Shown here: positions 16,401 through 23,934 of the stretch, one piece after another | Numbering within the stretch: position 1 is the stretch's first letter | Layout of the letters: each line of letters begins with the position of its first letter | NCBI GenBank assembly: GCA_965262705.1 | Contig: OZ253556.1 | Location: 863,559 to 887,558 of the forward strand | DNA: 24,000 nucleotides | Direction: 5' to 3' | Source: Flavobacteriales bacterium | Lineage (GTDB): Bacteria; Bacteroidota; Bacteroidia; Flavobacteriales; UJ101 | Notes under the pieces: generated by a model | What the model was told of the DNA's origin: nothing | Seen by the model: the letters and a program-made list of their open reading frames with translations, nothing else | Databases searched by the model: none | Position numbers and translations under genes: made by a program

Positions 16401-17508
16401 ATGAAAATATAGCATCATCCTACTTTAGCTGATAGTATTTGTGATTTACGCACAAGGAAGATAACAAAGTCTTTTTTCACTGAGTTAACCCGTTTGTTAG
16501 ACTGGGAAAAAATAAGGAAAATAATAGATGACCCTTATAATAAGGGGAAAAGTGCGAGGGGCAGTCCGATTGATGATGGGTTATTTAGGTTGCTGAGTAC
16601 TTCGACTAGGCTCAGTAACCATTGGTCGAAGTATCATTCAAGATGTGTTTATTACAAACCGGGTATGGATTAAGTGATTATGAAGTGGAAGATAGGATAA
16701 ATGACAGTCTTTCGTTCAGTTATTTTTGTGGATTGCATATTGACCAAGTCTCGCCTGACCCTAGTACTTTGAGTAGATTTAGAACATTGATGACGCAGGC
16801 ATAAGCCTACGAGGGTCTATTTAAGGAGATCAACGGTCCATTAGAACATCATCCAATCATCATCAAAAAAGGAGCGATAGTAGAGGCTAGTGTAATAGAG
16901 ACGCCCTTAAAACCGAAAGGCAAGGTGAATGATAAGGTTACAGCGGAGAGCGGAGAGCAAAAAGAGGCGTGTGTAAAAAAAGATAATAAGGCTAGTGTAG
17001 ATAAACAAGGGGCTTGGTTAAAAAAGCGAGGTAAGGATTAGTATGGGTATAAAAAGCATTATGTTCCCGATGAAGAAGGGTTGGTACTTGGGGTAGTAAG
17101 CACGAAAGCAAGTGTAAACGAGGGGAGCAATTTGCAGGAGGTTTTGCAGGCTGCAGACTTACCGGAGGGGGATTCCCTTAAAAGGGGGTATAAGGGCGAT
17201 GAATCAGAGAGAAATGCGAGTTTGTTAAAGAAGAAAAAGCGAAAGCATCATCTACTGAAGAAAGCGAAAAGGGGAAAGCCATTAACCGATTATCAGAAGA
17301 AGTTCAATAAACGAATAGGGGAAACAAGCTTTAAAAAGGTTACTGAGTTTATCGGAGTATAGAACGGCTATTCGGAAGCATAAAGCGATGGTTTTCAGGC
17401 GGGGTGGCAAGATATAGGGGGATAGCAAAGATGCATACGCAAAACCTGATAGAGGCGATAGGGTATAATTTATATCGAAGTCCAGGGATATTGGCGTCTA
17501 ATCGTTAA
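16401..17508 (+). pseudogene. IS5-family (DDE) transposase, inactivated by stops, frameshifts and a 53-bp insertion
   Basis: MKI*HHPTLADS...LLDWEKIRKIIDDPYNKGKSARGSPIDDGLF | insertion | KMCLLQTGYGLSDYEVEDRINDSLSFSYFCGL...STLSRFR. Then KKGAIVEASVIETP...GYKKHYVPDEEGLVLGVVSTKASVNEGSNLQEVL...KAKRGKPLTDYQKKFNKRI, and in a third frame ERLFGSIKRWFSGGVARYRGIAKMHTQNLIEAIGYNLYR*. At least 3 frames are needed. Confidence 0.8.
16587..16639. repeat. 53-bp palindromic mini-element inserted in the IS5 transposase reading frame
   Basis: AGGTTGCTGAGTACTTCGACTAGGCTCAGTAACCATTGGTCGAAGTATCATTC separates ...DDGLF (frame 0) from KMCLLQ... (frame 2). 53 nt accounts exactly for that frame change. Nested inverted repeats are TTGCTGAG/CTCAGTAA and TACTTCGAC/GTCGAAGTA. 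A related TGATACTTCGACTACGCTCAGCAAG lies at 16332-16356. Confidence 0.65.
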
Positions 17509-17650
17509 AAAGAGTGAAAACCAAGAGGATAAAGGAGTATTGATAGTGAATAAATCCATGAAAAAACAGTGAAAAACCTATCAATAAGTCAGTAGGTAAA
17601 ATAAAAAACAAAGATTATAGACCCCCATTCAAACTTTTTGCAACGGTCTC

Positions 17651-17915
17651 TTTTTATATATTCTGCAACTGAACTGCAAGTCAGCGCAAACTAAAGTCGG
17701 AGCAGGCTAAAGATATCAGAAGAATAAATTTTGTAATTTTGCTCTAAAACGGGATTATTGAAAAAGTACTTTGAAACGAACTGGGATCTTTAGCTTGCTC
17801 CGACTTTAGTTTGCGCTGACTTGCAGTTCAGTTGCAGAACACATAGAAAAGTATGAAAAAGAAAGCATTTAGCTAAAGTGCTTTTTGCAAAGGTCTAGAA
17901 CTGCAAGTCAATGCA
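17651..17915. repeat. composite foldback built from repeat-family modules; 54-bp inverted repeat, 53/54 identical
   Basis: The left arm 17661-17714 (TTCTGCAACTGAACTGCAAGTCAGCGCAAACTAAAGTCGGAGCAGGCTAAAGAT) is the reverse complement of the right arm 17786-17839 except for one C/T difference. The spacer is 71 nt. T1-type sequences flank both sides, and a T2-like end (AGCTAAAGTGCTTTTTGCAAAGGTCT) lies at 17871-17896. Confidence 0.9.
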
Positions 17916-17995
17916 GGCGATATGCTTTCGTATGCGTGATTTTTTTTAGGTATTCTTCAATAATCTCCATAATTAATAATTAATCGTTTTTATTT

Positions 17996-20632
17996 ATGAA
18001 AAAGTCATCAGTATTTTTATTTTTTACATTTTTAGTGTTGAGTGGAGTTGGCTGCTTGTTAGCACAACAACGTTACGAACTCAATTCAAAATGGTACGGG
18101 TTACCTGTCAGGAAAGTATCTGCCTCAGGAAATGAAATTTCACAGCAAGGGTTTAGTATAAAAAACTGGAAACCAGCAACAGTCCCCGGTACTGTATTAA
18201 CAACTATGCTTAATAACGGCGAAATACCCGATCCGTTTTATGGAATGAATAACGAAAAAATTCCGGACATCTATACCGTCGGGAGAGAATATTATACCTA
18301 TTGGTTTGTAAAAGATTTTGAAGAAAAAGCAAAGCAAGGGGAAGAGGCTTGGCTTACTTTCAGAGGGATTAATTATAGTGTAGATATTTTCTTAAATGGA
18401 AAAAAGGTGAATAGAGGCTCTTACAAAGGAATGTTCCTAAGAAAATCATTTAATATTACCAAACAATTAGCAAAAAATGGCAAAAACAGGCTGGCTGTTT
18501 TGGTACATCCTGCTGATTTTGTAGGAAATCCTAATGGCGGGCAATGTGGAGACGGCACCATCGCCCGAGGCGTTGCGAACCAATATGCTGCCGGTTGGGA
18601 TTGGATTCAGCCCATTCGCGATCGTAATACAGGGATATGGGATAAAGTGTTTATTGAAAAAACAGGAGTAGTTAATCTGAAGAACCCGCATATAGTAACT
18701 TTGGTAGAAGGAAAGCGAATACCTGGTGCTGACCAAAAGCCAGCATTAATAAAAGTTTCGGCAGAATTACATAATACCCAAAATAAACCTATAGAAGGTA
18801 TTCTGCAATATCGCCTGAATGACAAAATGATTAAAAAACAGCTTACATTGCCTGCTAATGCTACCGTTCTGGAGGCACTTCCTATTTTTGAAATACAACA
18901 TCCAAAACTTTGGTGGCCCTCAGGCTATGGCAATCAAAATTTATATACTATTGATATACAGTTCCTAATAAATAACGTTATTTCAGATAGTGAAAAAGTA
19001 AGTTTTGGTGTACGGGAAATTCAAACCAATTATAACAAACGCACCAGAAGTAAAGAAATCTATGTGAACGGACAAAAAATATTTATAAAAGGAGGCAATT
19101 GGATTATTTCTGATGCCATGCTTCGTTTTTCTAAGGAGCGCTATGATGCAGAAGTCCGTTTTCATAGAGATATGAACTTGAATTTGATTCGTATTTGGGG
19201 TGGTGCGCTGCTTGAGCGTCCAGAATTTTACGAATCCTGTGATAAATATGGTTTATTAGTCATGCAGGATTTCTGGATGTCAGGCGATTGCAACGGACGC
19301 TGGAACGACCCTATGAAGAAAGAAGATCAGTGGACACGACGTCAATATCCAGATGATCATCAGTTGTTTATATCATCGGCTATTGATGGCATTAAAATGT
19401 TACGCAATCATGCGTCTTTGGCTATTTGGTGTGGAGGCAATGAAATTACACCTCCTCAAGATATTCTACATGCACTAAAGGATTCTATCCTTCCCGAATT
19501 GGACGGCACCCGATGGTTTGTAGATTATTCTAATTCAAATGAGATGTCACACAACTTTAAAGGTGGGAATGGCGATGGACCTTACGGCATTCAAGATATT
19601 AATACATTTTGGGCAGAACGCACCTATCCTTTTAATTCGGAGGTAGGTTCGGTGGGGACTGGAGATGCCGTTTCATTGAAGCGGTTTTTGCCCAAAAAGA
19701 ATCAGGTAATACCAGAAATAACTCAAGGAACATTGCAGGTAAAAGATTCAGTTTGGGCGTATCATAAGTATATAGCATATAACGGTAAAACAGCTAAATA
19801 TGGCACGCCAAAGAACATGGAAGATTTTGCAAAAAAAGCACAATTGGTGAATTACAATCAATATCGAGGATTAATAGAAGGATTTAGTGCCCATATGTGG
19901 GACTGGTATACAGGAGTAATTATCTGGAAAACACAAAACCCATGGACAGCATTACGAGGACAGATGTACGATTATTATTTAGACCCTAATGCTGGTCTTT
20001 ATGGGTTGCGTACAGGCGGTGAGCCAGTACATGCAATGTATGATCCTGTAAAACAAAATATCTTGATAGTAAATCATGGTTTTAAGGCGAGAGAAATGTT
20101 ACTTGAGGTTACCGCTTATGATATCAATGGTAAAAAAACAAAATTAAATCATATATGGAGTTATGTAGAACCTTCAAGTGTAAAATTAATCACATCTATT
20201 AAAAAAGATATTGATAAAATGAGTGAAAAAAAAGGGCTTTTTTTATATGTACAATTATTGAATTTAGATAAAGCACTGATAAGCGATAATTTTTATTGGC
20301 TGCCAGATGCTAAAGGTAATTATTCCGGGCTGCAAAAAATGGAAAAAGCATCGTTGCAGACTATCGCAAAACAAGTATCAGATTCAACTGTTATCCTAAC
20401 TTTAATAAATAATAAAAAGCATGTGGTCTCTTTCTTTAACAGAATTTCGTTAGTGAATAAATCTAATAAAAAACGCCTATTGCCTACTTTTTATAGTGAT
20501 AATTATATTTCTATTCCACCGGGAGAAAAAAAGATAATTACACTAGAATACAATAAGGTTGATAAAAAGAGTATGCAAATTGAGATAGAGGGTTGGAATA
20601 CTAATCAACAATATGTTGAAATAACAAGATGA
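17996..20632 (+). CDS. secreted glycoside hydrolase family 2 enzyme (exo-beta-D-glucosaminidase / beta-mannosidase-like)
   Basis: Signal peptide. GH2 sugar-binding N-terminus (WKPATVPGTVLTTMLNNGEIPDPFYG). AAGWDWIQPIRDRNTGIWDKV. TIM-barrel segment NLIRIWGGA...WCGGNEI (putative acid/base Glu) and FNSEVGS (putative nucleophile Glu). 878 aa. Confidence 0.8.
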   Translation: MKKSSVFLFFTFLVLSGVGCLLAQQRYELNSKWYGLPVRKVSASGNEISQQGFSIKNWKPATVPGTVLTTMLNNGEIPDPFYGMNNEKIPDIYTVGREYYTYWFVKDFEEKAKQGEEAWLTFRGINYSVDIFLNGKKVNRGSYKGMFLRKSFNITKQLAKNGKNRLAVLVHPADFVGNPNGGQCGDGTIARGVANQYAAGWDWIQPIRDRNTGIWDKVFIEKTGVVNLKNPHIVTLVEGKRIPGADQKPALIKVSAELHNTQNKPIEGILQYRLNDKMIKKQLTLPANATVLEALPIFEIQHPKLWWPSGYGNQNLYTIDIQFLINNVISDSEKVSFGVREIQTNYNKRTRSKEIYVNGQKIFIKGGNWIISDAMLRFSKERYDAEVRFHRDMNLNLIRIWGGALLERPEFYESCDKYGLLVMQDFWMSGDCNGRWNDPMKKEDQWTRRQYPDDHQLFISSAIDGIKMLRNHASLAIWCGGNEITPPQDILHALKDSILPELDGTRWFVDYSNSNEMSHNFKGGNGDGPYGIQDINTFWAERTYPFNSEVGSVGTGDAVSLKRFLPKKNQVIPEITQGTLQVKDSVWAYHKYIAYNGKTAKYGTPKNMEDFAKKAQLVNYNQYRGLIEGFSAHMWDWYTGVIIWKTQNPWTALRGQMYDYYLDPNAGLYGLRTGGEPVHAMYDPVKQNILIVNHGFKAREMLLEVTAYDINGKKTKLNHIWSYVEPSSVKLITSIKKDIDKMSEKKGLFLYVQLLNLDKALISDNFYWLPDAKGNYSGLQKMEKASLQTIAKQVSDSTVILTLINNKKHVVSFFNRISLVNKSNKKRLLPTFYSDNYISIPPGEKKIITLEYNKVDKKSMQIEIEGWNTNQQYVEITR

Positions 20633-20648
20633 AGCCTTTGTAAAAAGT

Positions 20649-20925
20649 GAGACCTTTAGCTTACGCTGATTTGCAGTTGCACAAAGTACTCTATCAAGCA
20701 AGTTAGCGAAGCTAATAAAATGCGACGCCCGATAAAAAATTAAACAACGGAGCAGCCTTTTGGTTGCGAAAGTTTTAATTCTTGGTAATTCAGTTTATTG
20801 AAGTTTTGAGATGATTGCTTAGCGTAGTAGAAGTAAGGAGGCAGTTTGAAGCGAATTGGTCAGTGCAAGCGAAATACTTTCGTATACATGTATTTTTAAT
20901 ATATTTTTCAACAGTATTTTAAATT
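20649..20925 (-). repeat. long, degenerate repeat-family member 16 nt after the GH2 stop
   Basis: GAGACCTTTAGCTTACGCTGATTTGCAGTTGCACAAAGTACTCTATCAAGCAAGTTAGCGAAGCTAAT, then the core in inverted orientation (TGCGACGCCCGATAAAAAATTAAACAACGGAGCAGCC..., 20721-20803). It ends in an eroded T1-like end TTTTTAATATATTTTTCAACAGTA. Confidence 0.7.
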
Positions 20926-21005
20926 ACACCTCCATTTTAGAGCCTATGTACCCCTCCCTAAAATCCGCTACAGTTAGAATTAGAAAATAACTGTAAATTT
21001 ATGAT

Positions 21006-21272
21006 ATGAAAATAAGTAGATTAAGCGAATTAGAAATCGTTAAGATTTTGAAGCAACATGAATCGGGCGTTTCAGTCAGGGAACTCTGTAAAGAGTATGG
21101 AGTAAGTGCCGACACTTTTTACAATTGGAAGAGTAAATATGGCGGTATGGAGGCTTCTCAGCTCAAAAGGCTCAAAGAAATGGAGGTAGAACTTTCCCGC
21201 TACAAACAAATGTATGCGGAGCTAGCTCATCAAAATTATGCGTTAAAAGATTGGATTGAAAAAAAGTTGTAA
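21006..21272 (+). CDS. IS3-family transposase OrfA (helix-turn-helix plus leucine-zipper-like region)
   Basis: An intact 88-aa ORF reading MKISRLSELEIVKILKQHESGVSVRELCKEYGVSADTFYNWKSKYGGMEASQLKRLKEMEVE..., typical of IS3/IS911-type OrfA. Confidence 0.85.
   Translation: MKISRLSELEIVKILKQHESGVSVRELCKEYGVSADTFYNWKSKYGGMEASQLKRLKEMEVELSRYKQMYAELAHQNYALKDWIEKKL
21260..21266 (+). promoter_or_regulatory. A-AAA-AAG programmed -1 ribosomal frameshift heptamer of the IS3 element
   Basis: In the orfA frame the sequence reads gaA AAA AAG ttg taa. Slipping -1 gives KKVVRAVDKRNNISYLINEHKLSVRLSCKLLSLSTSVYYYRPK, the expected OrfAB linker. Confidence 0.65.
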
Positions 21273-22137
21273 GGGCAGTTGACAAACGGAATAATATAAG
21301 TTACCTGATCAATGAGCATAAGCTAAGTGTACGGCTCTCCTGTAAGCTTTTAAGCTTAAGCACTTCGGTATATTACTACCGCCCAAAAAGACGGATGACA
21401 GCGAACTTATTGACTGATTGAAGCAGTTGGCCGAATTACATCCTACTTACGGATTTAACGAACTTTTTAAAATGATACGAAAACAAGGATAGGGATATAA
21501 CCATAAACGGGTCTATCGTGTATACAAACAAATGAGATTAAACATTAGAAGAAGACGTAAACGACGCATTTTAGAGCATGTTAAAAGACCTTTGACACTG
21601 CCTATAGATACTAATATTGTGTGGAGTATTGCTTTTATGCAGGATCGTTTCCTACGGGGTAAAAGTTTTAGGACACTTAATATCATAGACGATTTTAATC
21701 GAGAAGGCCTTTGGATTACTGTTGATGTATCCATTGCCAGCGCAAGAGTAACTTGAGAACTCGATAAACTCATTGAATACAGGGGTAAGCCAGCGCGGAT
21801 ACGAGTAGATAATGGCCCCGAGTTTACCCGTATTCACTTCCAAGATTGGTGTGAGCGCAATGATATTAAAGTATGTTATATCCAGCCGGGGAAATCGGTT
21901 CAAAATAGTTTTATAGAACGATTTAACCGAAGCTATAGAGAAGAAATACGCAATGCCGATAACTTCTCTTGCTTGGAGCAAGTAAAAATATTGACCGAAC
22001 AATGGATAGAACAGGGCAACAATAAAAGACCTCATGAGGCAGGGGATCTGACACCGGTAGAATTTTTAGCCAGATATGGAAAAGCTAGCTTTTCTATATT
22101 TGAAAACATAAAAAATAATGAAATTTGTATAAATTAG
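21260..22137 (+). pseudogene. IS3-family transposase OrfB (rve/DDE integrase core), inactivated
   Basis: Readable only across a frameshift near 21390 and in-frame stops near 21418, 21491 and 21754: ...DDSELID*LKQLAELHPTYGFNELFKMIRKQG*GYNHKRVYRVY...IVWSIAFMQD...RTLNIIDDFNREGLWITVD...T*ELDKLIEYRGKPARIRVDNGPEF...IQPGKSVQNSFIERFNRSYREE...NKRPHEA. Ala sits where the first catalytic Asp is expected (WSIAF). Confidence 0.8.
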
Positions 22138-22166
22138 AACGTAGCTAATTTAGGGGGCTTACAATA

Positions 22167-23111
22167 TCACTTGGTAAAAGCATAAGTTAAGCCTATTCCT
22201 AAGGTTTGTTTAAACTGTATTTTTTTTGTTTGGTCATAATCATATAATAAATCAGCCGTTAACTGAGCAGATATATACTTATTAATGGTCATATTCAACA
22301 AAGCGGAATAATAAATATCAACACGTTCAGGATGATCAAAATAATTACTATAAAGCGCTATTTGATGATCTATAGCAATATTTTTCATTAGGTTTAACTT
22401 TTGACGAGCACTTACAAATAATCCTAATTCATAACGAACATGTTCTCCATAATCAATGCCAAAGGCTTCTTTTTTTAACGTAAAAACATTGGGCGCTGTA
22501 TATTCTTTGAATACTTCATCAGAAGTTACAAAAGTCATTTTAGCGTTTAACGGATGAATACTTAACTCAAAACGGTCGTTTGGGACATAGTCTATCCCCG
22601 CCCCTAATCCTAAATAAGCCGGCGAAAAAAAGTTTGAAGTTTCATACTTCTCATCCGTACCATCCCCGTCAAGATCTTTATAATCATATCCTTTAGTAAA
22701 CTGGGTTTGCAGATTTAATCGAGTTCCAAAATACCATTTTGTTTCTTTTATTTGATATCTATATTGTGAAGTTAAATTTATATTATCTTCTGTTTTTTTA
22801 GCCCTTTCTCCTTCATTCGATTGTAAACCATAAGCTAAAATCACTCGATTATTCCATATCGTCTTGTCTTTTTTATAATTAAACTCATAGTCTATATTAG
22901 CCAGCGCACCAGCCGAATTTACACCCCCGGCTATCCAATTACTAAATGCCGCTTGGTTAAACAATAAAGAGTTTTTTCCTTTTTTAGTCCATCCTTCTTT
23001 TTTCTCTATTGTAATTTCACCTTTTTGAATTCTTCGGTCATTTGGAATTTGCTGTGCGTATATTCTACTTAATGATGCAAAAGCAAATACGCTAATTAAA
23101 AATTTCTTCAT
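22167..23111 (-). CDS. outer-membrane beta-barrel protein, DUF3078-like
   Basis: Signal peptide (FAFASLSRIYAQQ). GWTKKGKNSLLFNQAAFSNWIAGGVNS, typical of the Bacteroidota DUF3078 family. Alternating beta-strand pattern ending in an aromatic-rich C-terminus (GIGLTYAFTK). A TAAATTTG box (complement of 23136-23143) lies 24 nt upstream of the ATG. Confidence 0.65.
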   Translation of the reverse strand: MKKFLISVFAFASLSRIYAQQIPNDRRIQKGEITIEKKEGWTKKGKNSLLFNQAAFSNWIAGGVNSAGALANIDYEFNYKKDKTIWNNRVILAYGLQSNEGERAKKTEDNINLTSQYRYQIKETKWYFGTRLNLQTQFTKGYDYKDLDGDGTDEKYETSNFFSPAYLGLGAGIDYVPNDRFELSIHPLNAKMTFVTSDEVFKEYTAPNVFTLKKEAFGIDYGEHVRYELGLFVSARQKLNLMKNIAIDHQIALYSNYFDHPERVDIYYSALLNMTINKYISAQLTADLLYDYDQTKKIQFKQTLGIGLTYAFTK

Positions 23112-23196
23112 AAATATTATAGTTTAATAATTGTGCAAATTTAAATATTTTTTCCTTAATTTTATCTAAATATTTTGGAATTTAAAAAACTATAAT

Positions 23197-23380
23197 CTCT
23201 CTGCGAAATATATAAAAAAGGATAAATACGAAATGATTTTTATTCAAACTGCTTCCTTCTCAAAAAATTAAAATCCTCACAACCAAAGGATTACTCCGGC
23301 GTTTAATTTTTATCGGGCGTTGCATTTTGACAAGTTCAATACAAGCATTTTTTTGCTAAAGTGCTTTTCGCAACGGTCTC
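23197..23380 (+). repeat. long (about 184 bp) repeat-family member: eroded T1 end - core - T2 end
   Basis: CTCTCTGCGAAATATATAAAAAAGG...TTCAAACTGCTTCCTTCTCAAAAAATTAAAATCCTCACAACCAAAGGATTACTCCGGCGTTTAATTTTTATCGGGCGTTGCATTTTGACAAGTTCAATACAAGCATTTTTTTGCTAAAGTGCTTTTCGCAACGGTCTC is collinear with 4615-4796. It ends 5 nt from the stop of the next gene. Confidence 0.85.
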
Positions 23381-23385
23381 ACCTT

Positions 23386-23934
23386 TTATTTTATCAAATT
23401 TGAAATATCTTTAAATACTGGATTTTTAGCATTTACGGTAACCTCAAGAAGTAAAGACTCGTATGTTGTTGGTATAACTTCTGCCTGAATAAGTCTTTGT
23501 ATAGCCATATCATGGTCTTTTACCTTTCTTGAGTTTACGCAATCTGTTACCAGAATGGGTTGTAAGCTTTCTTCTAATAAATCTAAAGCTGTTTGAAGTA
23601 TACAAACATGGGTTTCAATTCCAGCTAAAATCACAAATTTTTTCCTAGTAGCTCTAATAGCCGCCAGGCCCTCTTCTTGACCGCAACAAGAAAATGTAGT
23701 CTTTTCATAATGGGGATAATTATCCACCATTTCCCTCAAACCTGGTATTGTATCTCCCAGCCCTTTTTTATACTGTTCGTTTATAACTATTGGTATCTCA
23801 TGTAATTGTAAGCCTTTTACTAAAATCAAAAGATTTTTTTCTAACTCTTTAAAATTAGCAATATGCGGAAACAATTTCTCTTGTACATCCACTAGAACAA
23901 ATACACAATCTGCTGCTTTTATTTTCATTTTCAC
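23386..23934 (-). CDS. isochorismatase-family (cysteine) hydrolase
   Basis: 182 aa. VFVLVDVQEKLF (catalytic Asp region), a conserved Lys region, and ILAGIETHVCILQTALDL (catalytic Cys). Confidence 0.8.
   Translation of the reverse strand: MKMKIKAADCVFVLVDVQEKLFPHIANFKELEKNLLILVKGLQLHEIPIVINEQYKKGLGDTIPGLREMVDNYPHYEKTTFSCCGQEEGLAAIRATRKKFVILAGIETHVCILQTALDLLEESLQPILVTDCVNSRKVKDHDMAIQRLIQAEVIPTTYESLLLEVTVNAKNPVFKDISNLIK

Larger units (their letters stand above)
16290..17650 (+). mobile_element. degenerate IS5-family insertion sequence bounded by the GAGACCGTTGCA inverted termini
   Basis: The left end is AAGACCGTTGCAAGG (16290-) and the right end is TTTTTGCAACGGTCTC (-17650). About 1.36 kb, enclosing a broken DDE transposase gene of IS5 type. 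Confidence 0.75.
20947..22163 (+). mobile_element. IS3-family insertion sequence, about 1.2 kb, with orfB decayed
   Basis: Ends are TGTA...TACA, with imperfect inverted repeats TGTACCCCTCCCTAAAATCCGCTAC versus the complement TGTAAGCCCCCTAAATTAGCTAC. orfA plus a frameshift site plus an rve-type orfB. A second copy of the right end lies at 4797-4863. No matching direct repeats at the flanks (CTA versus ATA). Confidence 0.85.

Noticed and set aside
21513-22035. Antisense ORFs 21513-21773 and 21652-22035, and sense fragment 21532-21756, within the IS3 element.
   Set aside because: The sense fragment is simply one piece of decayed orfB. The antisense ORFs have no recognisable features and overlap the rve-domain coding sequence.
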